53,508 nucleotides of DNA, filler included, from Sphacelaria rigidula (GCA_964200075.2; 4 parts of 4 records of this genome joined end to end with filler, not necessarily neighbours in it); one strand, 5' to 3'; shown: positions 24,339-37,008, numbered from the whole stretch's first letter. Numbers and translations: made by a program. The notes: generated from the letters alone by a model not told the origin.

Positions 24339-25645
24339 TGGGAGATTGCTGATGAGATGGAGGTTGATGAATGAGAATGATCAAGGGTGGCGGACTGCTC
24401 CGCTGCTCTCAGCTGTACTGTACCACATTCGCACACACTTGACTGTCGGTACTCGTACGTCACCCCGACCCCCGGTTCTACGTAGATCCAGCACCACTGG
24501 GTATCTGGATCACTCGAACACTCCCCCTGATCGGATACCTCAGCACTCAAAGCTCCAAAAACCAAATCAAGGAGGAAACTCGGCCTTCCGAGAAAAAGAA
24601 ACCATCACACAAAACTCCACCGCTTGTGCTCAAAACAAACAGCCCTCTTTCGCAGACGCCCAGGCCAGGACACCTGCACTTAACAACGGGAAAAGCCCTA
24701 CAAACCCATGCCCCACAAAGTAGCGTGAGCGGCTTCACTCGATGTAAGCACAGATGCATTACGGAATCCATGACCTGAAACATCTAGAGCTGACAAATCG
24801 AAAGACACACAAAACAAAATATGTGTCTACTCGCTGTCCCCAGTGTTCATCAAGGCGCGACGGTGCCTGTTGAACAGCGTGAATGGGAGCGGCTTTGTAA
24901 GGATATCAGCATGTTGCCACTCCGAATCCACACGTACGATCCTTACTGCTCCTGTCCTAACCAAGTCCCTAATGAAATGCCATCTCACGTTGATGTGTTT
25001 ACTACGACCTGAGCTGAGAGGGTTGTCGACTAGAGCCTTAGCCCCCTCATTGTCTTCATAGAGAACGATGTCGTACTCTACTTGTCGTCCCAACACAACC
25101 CTTGGTCGTAGGAAAGACAGTACCGACTGACAAACATACACTCCTTCGCCCCTTCTGCCATAGCTACGTACTCGGCTTCGGTAGTTGACAGGGTAACGCA
25201 GTGTGGCGTTCGACTTGTACTTGATACTGCTATCCCCCCGTACATGACAGCTACCCCGGAAACCGATCGTCGGTCTGTATCTTTCTTCGCGCAGTCAGCG
25301 TCACAATAGACTGTGAGCCTACTTTCCCCTGAACTAAAAGTTAGACCGTGATTTCTGGTCGTGTCGAGGGACGCCAAAACTTTCAACACCCCTCGCCAGT
25401 GTATTTCACATGAGTCGTGTGATTGTCGGGCCAGGTCTCGAGCTGCATTTGCAATATCAGGCCTGGTTACCATAGCCAACCACATCAACCCTCCTACGGC
25501 ACTCCGGTATGGTCTATCTACAACCTTGTCACCTTGCTTCACCGGTCCCAAGTCTGCAGATACTGATGCGGGAATATCAGAAAATCCCGTAACCTCGAAA
25601 CGCTTCAGCATTGTGTCGACAAACACCCGTGGACAGATAGCACCC
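24339..25645 (-). mobile_element. Ty1/copia LTR retrotransposon 3' fragment (RT C-terminus, RNase H, PPT, 3' LTR), frameshifted
   Basis: It encodes YRSAVGGLMWLAMVTRPDIA, VYCDAD..KKDTDRRSVSG, LSTTEAEYVA, EDNEGA, RSKHINVRWHFIRD and ADILTKPL, with a frameshift near 25130. PPT AGGGGGAG (24521-24528) is followed by TGTT at 24520. The LTR far end (~24339) is approximate. Confidence 0.93.
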
Positions 25646-25655
25646 TGTGGGGCGC

Positions 25656-25810
25656 ACTGTGCAGGGTCCGTACGGGGTCCTCCACAGTCTTTGTGAAAAA
25701 ACCCTGACAGTAAAATGCAAAATCTGTACCCATCGCAGCGTTTTGATAGGGTTTTCCCCAGGGTTGGATTTGCAGCCCTTTGTACGCACGTCGGCACAGC
25801 CCTGCACAGT
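25656..25810. mobile_element. Small MITE-like element at the copia truncation point
   Basis: Perfect 11-nt inverted repeats: ACTGTGCAGGG (25656-25666) and CCCTGCACAGT (25800-25810). Confidence 0.45.
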
Positions 25811-26057
25811 CATGTGGTTGGTGGTGTTTTGGGGGAAAAACCTCAAGTTCTTTTTTCGAAAATTCCAAACATTTTGGTACAAAATCTGAAAATATACATA
25901 TTTTCAATACCTTGTCCTCCTGTCCGAGGTAAATTCCTCTTCACCCGATTTAAATCGAGCGAAAAGGAATTTATTTCGGACAGCAGGACAAGCTAGATCC
26001 AAAGCAGATTCTCTTCTCGCCCAATTTATTTCGGCAAAAACAGGGTATATTTAGAAG

Positions 26058-26146
26058 AGCAGAAGAAGCTGTTCAAGATCGATCCTTTTTTCGCCCATTT
26101 TTGAGATGATCGAAAAAATGATCAATTTCGAACAGCTTCTTCTGCT
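26058..26146. repeat. 17-nt perfect inverted repeat (hairpin or MITE part)
   Basis: AGCAGAAGAAGCTGTTC (26058-26074) pairs with GAACAGCTTCTTCTGCT (26130-26146). A third partial copy lies at ~26186. Confidence 0.75.
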
Positions 26147-26709
26147 GCGCAAATCCCATGCACACTGGCAGATTCGGAATTTGAACAGCAGAAGAAGCTC
26201 GAAATAAGTATTTACTTTTCCCTCCAATTCCATCCAGAGATTGGGGGAAAAGAAATTTAATGCGAGCAGCGTCAGCTGCTGGGCAAATCCCGCATACTGC
26301 ATTGTCACCGGCGCATGGGATCCGACACGCAGAAAACGTTGCTGAAAGGTAATCGTCCTTTTGTCCCCCAGTCCGTGTGTACATGGGCTAGAGGATGAAT
26401 AGCTCTCAACCGCTTCCGCTGAATAGAGATCCCACACGTTGGATACGTGTGTGTGTACACACCTGTGCTTCGTCTGAAGCCCCTGGGAAGGTGGGAAGAT
26501 GCCAGACGATTGGGTATACCTCGTCAGTCTGTCTACATTTTTCATAAACCCCCGTCTTCCGTCCTCTACCAACACGAACCATGTTTGGAAAATATCACTT
26601 AATCAATCGTATATGAATAGTGTATGTAGACCATCACTCAACAGCCGATCCTAATTTTTGGGGTTGAAACACACAATGAGGTTGAAGTCCCTTTTCTCCA
26701 TTGCAGGGA

Positions 26710-26809
26710 NNNNNNNNNNNNNNNNNNNNNNNNNNNNNNNNNNNNNNNNNNNNTTAATTAATTAANNNNNNNNNNNNNNNNNNNNNNNNNNNNNNNNNNN
26801 NNNNNNNNN
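26710..26809. other. Artificial assembly linker/gap
   Basis: 44N-TTAATTAATTAA-44N. Confidence 0.97.
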
Positions 26810-29143
26810 CAGCGTTACACGTTACGTTCACGTTACGTTTTGGCCGAAACGTAACGTGAACGTTATTTTTTTTTTACGTGATGAACGTAACGTGAGCGTA
26901 ACGTTAAATTTTGAAATGAAACGTTAATGTAACGTTAATTTTTTTTAACGTGACATACGTAACGTAACGTGAGCGTTTAATTGCCCAAACGTTCAAATCA
27001 CGTATAATGAAATGTTGCATGTAACGTGTAACGTCTATTACACGTTACACGTGCATTAGACGTTACACGTAACACGTAACGTTATATGTTACGTTACACG
27101 GTACATGAAACGTCATGAAGACGTCACATGCAGTGGTGAAACTTCAAGTTTGCAATGAAATAAAAAATCCTGGAAGATGGTGCTTCAATTAACACGAGTG
27201 AGTTTGAATGACCATGGTATATAGATATGGTGCTATTGTAAAAATTTCGCGCTCTCCCCACCACACGTCACATTCATAACATCATAATCATCTCGACCAC
27301 ATTCATAACATCATAATCCTATGTATAAAAACACGTTGTGAGAAAAGCCGTTTCTCAACAGCGCGATTTTCCACATAAATTTTCAAAGTAGCCTTCCTCA
27401 CGATATCGACGCGCTGTCAAAATTGGAAACGCAGTGCTCATCGTTTTCTATGAGGTGTGCAGGCATGGTTTCAAATTCTGGGGCGCGCGAGATAGACGCA
27501 GCACTCTGCTGNNNNNNNNNCTGTCGTGTCGTGGTGTACGGTCCGTACTGACTGTCTCCACTACTGTTGTGATACATCGCCTGAGCAATACATGGTGAGC
27601 TGCGTGACGGAAGACGATCAATACGAACACCACCTTGCTGTACTAACAACTGACTGTAGAAGTGACGGTTGTACTTTTCACTGCACGGTAGTACTTGCCT
27701 GAAAGGAAAGCACGGACAAGAGTACACACTACTGTATTGTATGCATTGGCTGTAAACTTTTTCGTGAGATTGAGAGTAGAGCGCTTATTGGGAGTGTCTT
27801 TATTCCTTCGCTTCAACCCAGCCATGTATTCATTCCGTGTGCATGTTTTCTCCCCTCCATCACTGGCGTGTGCTACAACCTACACGTCAGTATCATACTC
27901 AAGGATATCAAGGGCCTCAGTGGCAAACTACTACGAAAGCATACCGGGTCTCGTGAAGGGGCATTTCGGAACTGAAACGGGTAATGCACTACAGTAATTA
28001 ACCGCTCTTCACTCTCAATGGTATCCTTTACTGTCAATCTCACAAAAACCTTGTTTGTAGTGACGGCTTGGCTGCCATCATCACTGCTGTCGCTGGTGCT
28101 CGCGGGCAGTCAGCGTTTTGCTTTACTGTCCTTCGCTTGCCAGTAGCGTGATGGCCCTTACCCCTTACCCCCATGAGAACAAAACAGCGCACGGTCCATG
28201 ACGAGTGTTGTCAGACACTCTGTATGTAGGTTGGTTGCGCAGCAATGTAGCGCAGTTCATGTTTGCATGCAGCGTGTTACAAACAGCACTCGAATACAGT
28301 ACAGACTGCCCAGGCTCCCAAGCGCTGTAGATACTATAGCAGTAGCACTACTGCTTATACTGTGGTCTTGTGTGTACGGTCAGTGCGGTCCTGTCTTAAC
28401 GAGTCTTGGGTACATGGGTAGCCTGTACTACATCGCGAGTGCTGTTCGCACCACGCTGCATGCACAGACCTGAAATGCGAGCTACAATACTGTGTGTGCA
28501 AACTACACACAGAGCGTTTGTACAGCACTCGTCATCGACCCTGCCCTGTGCTGTTCTCATGGGGGTAAAGAGCTACCATGATACTGGCGAGCGAAGGACA
28601 ATGAAGCAACACGCTGGCTACCCGCGAGCACCAGCAACAGCAGTGGTGATGGAAGCAAAGCCACCCATGGCTGCTGTCGTGGGTTGGAGGGTGTGTTGGC
28701 GTGCGGCGGGATTTCAAATGCGTTTTCTGATAACATAAAAGGGTGGGTTATCAGAAAACGCGTTTTTTAGTAGAATTTTCCTTATATGAGAACTAGCTAA
28801 CGGGTCACCGTCAGCGTCACGTGCATGGTAACATTAACATCACGCGTTGAACGACACGCGACAACGCCTCAAACACTGGTGAATGAGCCACGACATGCAC
28901 AGAATGAAACGTTACATTCGAACGTTACTCGTGACATTGAAACGTTTCATATTGCGTTACATGTAACGAAACGTAACGTCAATTTTTTTTTACGTGATGA
29001 ACGTAACGTGAACGTAACGTTAAATTTTCATATGAAACGTTCAAGTAACGTTCAAAATTATTTAACGTGACATACGGAACGTAACGTGAACGTTAAATAT
29101 TTTTCACGTGATGAACGTAACGTGAACGTGAACGTGTAACGTG
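26810..29143 (-). mobile_element. Internally deleted hAT-type DNA transposon with ACGTTAC/GTAACGT subterminal arrays
   Basis: The left end CAGCGTTACACGTTACGTTCACGTTACGTT is the inverted match of the right end ...AACGTAACGTGAACGTGAACGTGTAACGTG. A - strand relic at ~27770-27960 reads LS**FATEALD...HASDGGEKTCTRNEYMAGLKRRNKDTP, resembling the hAT C-terminal dimerisation motif (WW...E.P.L...ERNWS...KRRN). Confidence 0.7.
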
Positions 29144-29149
29144 TAGACC

Positions 29150-29520
29150 CCGGAGAATTTTCCCTGTGGCGAAGCAATATAGACTATAACTCATATAGTA
29201 GCAGACTGTGAGCTGTACAAGGAGGAACGGGACGTTTTGAAGGGATAAACGTGGGAACTACACGAAGGTGGCATGAAATCGCATGGCACATTAGATAGTA
29301 GAGATAATACGATCGCTACACTAGGAGATAGATGGTGGCCATAGACGGCGAAACAGGAAGGGGATAAGTAAGATATGTGAAAGATCTCGAGTCATACATG
29401 GAGGAACGCAACGAGCGCCCAAATGTTGAAAGTGTCTCTACTAGGAGTAGGAACGGTACTCCGTCTCGAAAGGGATGCGTGGTCAATGATCAAATGACAA
29501 AGGCAAGCAGCAAATGAGCA
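29150..29520 (+). mobile_element. LINE ORF2 C-terminal fragment, degenerate
   Basis: It reads PCGEAI*TITHIVADCELYKEERDVL (CCHC-type), LDSRDNTIATLGDRWWP, and RSRNGTPSRKGCVVNDQMTKASSK. Same family as 12760-13305. Confidence 0.8.
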
Positions 29521-29558
29521 CGCCATCCCCCACCCCTCGCCCCCGACTTTCATTCACC

Positions 29559-29916
29559 TCATCGGTACTGCGTGCATAGCCTGACCATCTGAGAATATCT
29601 GAGCCGTAGCGACCAGCTCCGGCTCCGCCACAATCCCCCTGACGACAGCATCCATCCCCTCCCCTTCCCTGCCAGCATCCGCAACACCTTGGCCGGGAGA
29701 CGACGTAACCGCAGCGGTGTCGCCTCCTACCAAAAAGTCGGCGACGAGCGGCAGCTCGAGTCTTGCGACGCCGCAGCGCACTTCCAGCGGCACCGCGTGG
29801 CTGAGAAAGAAGCGGAGTTCTTTGAAGGCGTGGAGATCTCGCGAGTCTTCTTTTTTGTAGTTGCTGTTGTTGCTGTTGCTGCTGCTGTTGTTGTTGTCCA
29901 TCAGGCTGGTCGTCAT
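29559..29916 (-). CDS. VPS34: First exon of a class III phosphatidylinositol 3-kinase (Vps34-like; start of the C2 domain)
   Basis: ELRFFLSHAVPLEVRCGVARLE...PELVATAQIFSDGQAMHAVPM resembles the plant Vps34 N-terminus (EFRFFLSCDI..PV...I.KL...PELY.E.ALYIDG.P..LPM, from recall). The donor is AG|GTGAAT at 29558. No further Vps34 exons were recognised in the window. Confidence 0.75.
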
Positions 29917-30026
29917 TTTCCCCCTGCTCGTTGACTTGTTCTCTCCTAGAGGCGTTTGACTTTTCCGACCGGATCATGACGAAATCAAGAATATTTCACG
30001 CAACAGGAAGTTAAACATAAAATCAA

Positions 30027-30341
30027 ACACGCCTGGTTTATTCGACTAGATTTCAATGGACATTTTGGATACTCTCGAGCGCTACACTCAAAACAACGCT
30101 GCCGAACCGGTAGCGATGTAAATCTAAGCTGCCTCCCTTGTTTGTTACGTATTCTCTCCTGGTGCTGAAACCCGAGCGAAGCGAGGCGTTTCACCTTTTC
30201 TACCGTATAATGGCGAAATTGAAGGCCTTATGTAAATGTGGGTTGAGTTCAAAATGAATACGCCTGTTTATCCGACTGGATTTAATAAATAATTCACAAT
30301 ATTTTCGAGCGCCACTCTCAACGCAATACTGTTAAACAGGT
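30027..30341 (+). repeat. Imperfect ~85-nt direct duplication upstream of the Vps34-like exon
   Basis: ACGCCTG(G)TTTAT(T/C)CGACT(A/G)GATTT...TCGAGCGC(T)(A/C)CACTC occurs at ~30027-30110 and ~30258-30341. Confidence 0.7.
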
Positions 30342-31221
30342 GGTGATATGACCCTGACTCCCGGAGCTTCCTGAGGTGCCTAACATGCTTGGTTTGTCTG
30401 TGCTCCATCGGTGCGCAGACACATGAGATAGAACGGTGTTGGGGAAAGAGTTTCTGGGTGTTAGCTGGCAAAACCTTCTCAAGGTGGCTGTTCAGCAAAT
30501 ACTCGCAAGCTACTTCACTTTTTTATCTGTACACTCGAAGCCACGCTGGCAAATCTGTGGTGATCTGAAGGGCTGTCTCCCGAAAATAGATTGGGCCGCG
30601 AGAAAACTAGGGCGAGACAAAAAAAACATCTCCGCTGTGATAGATACACGGCATTTCCCTTCCCAGCTGACTTCATCAAACATATTTACAATTCTTCGCC
30701 CGCGACCGGAAGGCAAAAAACGAAAACTTTGCTTCTTCAAGCAGAGAATGCAGCGCAAACAACCACATGCCAACAGGAAGAGAGTCCGCGTTTTCCCCAT
30801 GGTCGTAACGCGCAACCATTGGAAACTTGTGCTCAACATTTCAAGGCATTCCCGGCCGTCTAAGGCACTCACGCTAGACGCCTGGCATCTTCAGAGGTGG
30901 CCACAGTCTACTAGAATATGCGTCATGCTTCTCAGTGACGTCCGTGCGATATTGGGTGAGCAACAGGAATATGCATCAAGGTTCGTCGCTTCGACTTCCT
31001 AGCAAAGCGCCAGTTTGACTGGCGCAGTCGTCCGAAAACAGCCAACGATACATTAATTTCATGGCCGATCGAAAACAAACCCAAGCACATGATGAACCAG
31101 CTGAATTGCGAGTTGCACCCCGGCTATCGAGCTTCATGTCGCGCGCCGTATATTCGCCGTGGTTCGTAACGCCCATCTCCGTTTGTTGCTGAGCTTTGTG
31201 AAATTCACCTGGACTTGAAAC

Positions 31222-31745
31222 GAGTGAAAACGAGCAGAATCCGTTAGGCCGCTCCTTATGGAGAACAAAACAAGTCCTGTGAAGATGCGTTTTTGGTCCT
31301 CCTTCTTCGTCGTTTCACACGCTAAAAGAGAGCTAGGCAGAGTTTGACACCTTGGAATGACTTGCTCTACTCGTTGAGACGGTTCTCGGGCATCTTCGCG
31401 TTGTCCGGTGGCCGCAGCTTTTATTTTGGCCAGACTCGAATCTTTGGCCAAGAACGGTCAAGAACGGTCAACTCTAGTAAAAACTGCCATTTTTCTCTGG
31501 ATTTGACCGCCTCTGGACAAAAAGGCTTGTTTGGTCAAAATGAAAACTGCAGCCACCGGAAAACGTGAAGATGTCCTGGAACCGCCTGAACGAGTACAGC
31601 AAGTCATTCCCAAGGTGTCAAACTCTGCCTAGCTCTCTCTTAGGGCATAAAACGATGAAGAAGGACCAAAAAAGCGTTTCTACACGACTTTTTTTTGTTT
31701 GCTATAAGGAGCAGCCTCAGGCGGCACTTCCTCTTTCGCCAATTT
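31222..31745. mobile_element. Foldback/long-TIR non-autonomous element
   Basis: It has ~200-nt imperfect inverted arms, for example AGAGAGCTAGGCAGAGTTTGACACCTTGGAATGACTTGCT against AGCAAGTCATTCCCAAGGTGTCAAACTCTGCCTAGCTCTCT, around a ~100-nt spacer. Confidence 0.85.
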
Positions 31746-33426
31746 TTTAATAAGGCAGTCCCTGATCCTGATACAAGTAGCTTTCTAAGTTTCGTCCGCG
31801 TCTTGCCGTGACTCCAGGGAATGATCAGCGTTCGCCAAGAGACGGATGGGGTGAGTGCGGCAGGACCCGGGCCATGGGCGAGTAAGTCGGACATGTTGAT
31901 GCGGATGTACGTGATGTGCGAAGACAAAACAACGGTGACTTCTTCTGCAAGCATGCAGACAGACGATGGTTCTTGGCGAACCGTTAGCCTTGCCTCGCGG
32001 CAAATCACGAGCACGGCGCATCAGCTGCGAGCTCACCGCACATGGGAACCTTCACTAAGCAATGCCGGAAGTCGTGGCGTTGAGACTTCGGTTTGCGGTC
32101 CACATGCGGACTGTTTGTGTTTGCATTTTGACGTTCTTCTTCATGCTTTGGTGGGAGGATTACGAGTATGCACATATGGAACTGTTCACACGCTTGCCCA
32201 CTCCTCATCACTACTGTAGCACATATGCGACTCTACAACAGCTGGTACGCTGCCCTCTGACTAGACTGGCGCTTAATTTCGCAGGAGTAAACGACCGTTA
32301 GATTTATAGCTTTCGACATTGCGCACCGACTGTGCATATGGATGCTCGAGGAACATGGTGGGCCAATGCGACCAAGCTGTTTAGATCTACAAAGAAACAG
32401 TACAGTTCCTACAACATTAGTCAGCATCTGCATGTCTTCCTCTTCGTTTTGTCATCATGTTGGATAACACACCCTACCCGAGCATGGCAGAGAGGGAAGC
32501 ACCGCATGGAAGACAATACGCACCCACACAAGCTGTAGCCGTAACGTTTGTCATTACTTAATTGTATTGCTAACCCTATTCATGCGCCTGTGTAGTGAAT
32601 ATGGAGGTGTGCACTATATAATCACTGTCAATGGCGGGTGCAGCGACATACACCCCCCACGTTGATCGCAGCGCGACTTCCAAGTCGAGTACGGTTCTGA
32701 AAGGGTTGCCCGTTTCACCCCTCCCATCGTACTACTGTCTATATACGTGATCCGACGGGATACGACGGGATCCCAGAGTGTCCTGTACGCACTTAATACT
32801 ACTGAGTGTCTTGTGTTGGTGTAGGCATCGGAGGTAGGGGACGTTTGTCGGTAACCTTCTGATTGTCCCTGGGCGCTGCACAAGAAGCTCCATCGTGTGC
32901 TGTCTCTTCTCCGTGCTGGGTTGTATCGTATGACGCAGCACTAGGGACAGCACGACCTACACAGACAATACTTGCAGCAATATACCGTGGGCGTACCAGA
33001 GAGGACTGACAAGAACTGCCGATGATCTTCTTCGTGTGGTTTTTGTTCACGCCTCTCTGTTGTCCCCTGGTGCTGCTCGCAAGTTCCAGGCAGACGGCTG
33101 CTTTGCTACCTTCCCTTCCTTGCTTGTCTTGGTTGAACTCAGCAGCTACCTGTGAATCTCGCTGTTGCAGTTGAGAACTTGTGATACCCACCAGTGTCTG
33201 CACCGCTTGCAGAGAATCACCGCTAGTTTCTTTTGAATCTCTTGTGTAGCCTACACTGTACCTACAAATCGCATACTGGGGTGAGGCAGCTTAGCGTGCC
33301 CGCGGAGCACTTGAACGCTGGTTGAACGAACTGGTCCGCAATCTCTCCCGGTGCACGACTGGAAAATGACCTGTGGTAAAAATCTCGGCCTTCAGGATAG
33401 TCAACCTACCGCATCTTCTGCATGGT

Positions 33427-33459
<33 letters not shown>

Positions 33460-33470
33460 ACAACAACAAC
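33427..33470. repeat. (ACA)n microsatellite
   Basis: Directly visible in the sequence. Confidence 0.9.
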
Positions 33471-33933
33471 AGGACAGTTGTGTACGGTAATACCCGTTCC
33501 GCGCGCGGCGCGCTCCTCCGCAAAGAACAACCAAATGTTTCCAACGTCGGAACAGCTAGCCTATGTAGCGAAGCAGTGGAACTTTGACACCTGGGGGATT
33601 ATAATCGACAGAAACCACCGTCGTGTTGATAAAAACGCTCGTCGAGGTCAATCGATCTTCCTCCTTGTTTCGGATCGAATGTATCATGGTATCCTGCAAG
33701 AAATTCAAACAGCTTCTGCCCGAACCGTAACTTGTCACCCCGCTCTCTTGTAACATGAAAACATGAACGACATATTCTACAATGGCACACGCTTATAGCA
33801 GATAAGTCGGGTACATCTAGAATCTGCTTACTCCTGCTGATCGGCGACACCACGGCTAGCACCAGTGAAGCCTGGCTAAACATTGCTACTTCTCCGTACC
33901 CTCATCTTGCCGAAATACAGCTAAACAGGGCAA

Positions 33934-35089
33934 ATGGTAGCGCCGGAAGATACGACGGCTGATGTTGACAGTGCCAGGGGTACAACACCAGACTACGATC
34001 AAAAACTCCATGGGCACATAAAGCCAACAATCACTAATGATGGCAACATCAACGTACTAACTCCTACCTCAGGAACTACCATCAGCGAGACTGCGCCGGA
34101 GATACCTGAAGCGCAGCCCGACAACCCTGTCTACCGCGCGTCGCCCCTTACGCCTGATGCTGGCTCCCCCGCGCGCAGACTCGTCCCAGTGAAATGGGCA
34201 TATGGAAATGCGATAACGGACGACAGCTCGGGGATACAAGCCAGTGCATCCCCATTCACCGGGAATGCATCGCCGATCGCAGTCAAAGCCACGGCTACGG
34301 CATTCGAACCATCCCTAAGCCGCATGCCATCGGTATCATCGACCGAGCTCGAAGTATCGGCTGCGGTGGCTGCGGTGGCTGCGGGTGGTGTGTGTTCATC
34401 GCTCCATAGTGATGCTGGAACCGACAACAAGGAAAAGGAGTGTGAGAGATCGAATGCACCAACCCCGCCATATTTCCAAGAACCATCCACTGCCACCGAT
34501 TCCCTTCAGGCCTCGGAATTTCCAATACCGTATCTTGCAACCATATCGGGTACCACCCCTGTTGTCTCTACAGTTGGTGAGGCGGTGGCATCACCATCAC
34601 TAGGCGGACAACAATTAGGCGGTGAAACACTGGAGGGAGGAAAGCCACGACCGCATCTCATTGCTGCCACGGGATTCCTCGCACGCGACGATTCGCGTGA
34701 GCTGAATGGTGAGTCAGGAGTAGGGTTGTCTTCTCCGTCCGTTTCAATTGAGAAGCCCTCGCTGACAACATGTGGCAGACTATCCGAGAACCTACACAGC
34801 GCGAAAAAATCAGTGAAACCCGTGCTCCACAACCACGAACAACCCCGAGAGATGAAGGACGCAGAAAGCATCGGAACGTCACTATCATCAACTGGGATTG
34901 TATCATCCTCCTCTACTACTCGCCCTACTGGCATCGACACCCCTCGTGTGTCATCGTCGCCATCAACGTTTGCGAGAATTATCCTTGATTCACATACTCC
35001 GAGTCGCGGCGGCGGGGACAGACCTCACCCTGCTCCTGGACCTCGTGATGGGGCAGGATCCACAGGACGAGGAGGACGAGGAGGACGAG

Positions 35090-35124
<35 letters not shown>

Positions 35125-36267
35125 TTGGGACGAGGACGAGGACGAGGACAAGAGCGAGGACGAGAACAAGTCGGCGCAGGCCCAACGATGAAATGCCGTC
35201 GTCACGATTCTCCCGACGCCAGTAAGCACCAAATACTTCCACGGGCAGCGAAGCGATGCGCTGCAAGCCTCGAAAGCAATCCAGCCGACCGAAAAGCTTT
35301 TGTTCCGGCTCGCGTGGTCAATGGGTTGCTCAGAGGCAAATATATCCTGCCTGGTATCGGAGGCAATCACATCGTACCTGGTGTTGGTCACAGCCCCCAC
35401 AAACCGGAGGTGGTGCTGGAAACCTTTCCGCGCACTGACGGCGCTGGTGGAGACAACAAAGTTACCAGTTCGGATGGGATAGCTGAAGATGGAGCTGCCG
35501 CTGGCGGCGATCGCGGTTCTGGGGATCTTGATATCAGGGCGGCTTCAATTAAAAAGAAGAAGAGCGAGGTTGGAGTTGGAGGGATCCCTCTCAATCCTAC
35601 GGGGGGAAGGTTCGCGCCTGGCAGGAATGCAGTTGCGAGCGTAATCGACTCGAAATGTTTACCTGTAGCTAACAAACCCTTTGACTGTCTTAGTTCGGCT
35701 GATGTGCACAAATTGATGAAAAATAAGGTTGAAGACTGGCTTGCTGCCCCCTACCTCATGATCGACGGTGGCATCTCTAAGGAGTTGGAATCTGAAGATG
35801 TCAACAGTAACGACGCAGGCGCTTCTTGGACATCTGGTTGTGGAACTATGAATTCATCCGATGATCTCGGCATCGCCGATATCGATTTCACGATGGTGTT
35901 CAACAGCGATGACGAGGAGGATCTGGATAGAGGCATGGCCACCGGTAATTCTGATGCGGGGTTGGAGATCAGAGAAGAACAACTAACTCATGGAAAGGGC
36001 AATGCCTTTGAGTGTGAAATTAACAAAACAAAACTCGAGAAGAGCGTCACTACTCACGAATTTACAGATCGTGAGGAGGCGATGGTAATTGGGGCCGCAC
36101 CGGCATCGGTAGAAGGACGGCGTAGGGAAAAGACCGGAGACAGCGCGGAAACAGTGGAAAGGACACGTGCTGGTAGTCGAAGTTGTTGGAATAATTATAT
36201 TGGCACTTACCACCGAATGAGTGGTAACAAGAAGATCCCGGAAGAAGAGTTCTTATTCAGCGATGAG
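33934..36267 (+). CDS. Exon A of a large low-complexity protein gene (S/T/P-rich, RG/RGG tract)
   Basis: A 778-codon open frame ends at donor GAG|GTAAAT. (GGACGA)n at ~35065-35165 encodes GRGGRGGRGGRGRGRGRG. The start may be the ATG at 33934 or an acceptor at 33928. Confidence 0.85.
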
Positions 36268-37008
36268 GTAAATGTGTTAGTATTTTGAACACTATGGCGT
36301 GAAGGGTACCTTGCGAACAACAGAAAACACAGCGGACACATTGATTTCCGTGGAGTCGGCGCGACAAACGCTTCATCGAAACGTTGTGGTTTTACACCAG
36401 ACGAATATAACTATAAGGAGGGCATAACCCAACACACGAATTAATATGTATCACAGCATAAAGGAGTTTCAGCTGATTTCAAATTCGTGCTCAGAGCAAA
36501 GTTGGGCGAACGTTTCGTTCTTGGATTCTGAGCTCTCAGTCCTGCCAATATTGAGTACGAGAAACTTTCGTTTATATTCAATCCTGAGCAAAGTGCTCAA
36601 TTTAGTCACTGGATTATAGAAGCTCACGCTAACTGCGAGATGGGAGCTGAGTTCTGAGCAACTCGTTTGCTTTTGTCCGAGCCACCCAAAGCCCAAAGCG
36701 CTTCGTCAATCCCTAATGAAGGAAGCTCTCACCCCTGACCATTACTCAAGCGGCCCCCTCAAAACTAGAGAGCTTAAGATCGGTGTACCCTTTCCTTCAG
36801 AGAAATCAGTTCACCGTCGATGTATTGTGCGCGATAGAAGTAGCCCCCTCTTGACACTCGTCAGCAGTTTTTAAGATACAGCGGAAATGATCAAGGTTGC
36901 CTTCCTTGTGCACTTCCGCTTAGCTGTCCTTACTCCTGCGCGGGCCCTCTTACCCTACTTCGCTTATATTAGTACTTTGCTTCTGGTAATGTTTTCGGTC
37001 CGCCATAG

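Noticed and set aside
26810..27130. CRISPR-like or telomeric array
   Set aside because: There is no constant repeat-spacer period and it is not a telomere motif. It is better explained as transposon subterminal repeats.
34898..35400. Poly-ED, poly-LV and poly-S ORFs
   Set aside because: These are alternative-frame or antisense readings of the (GGACGA)n repeat inside the long exon.
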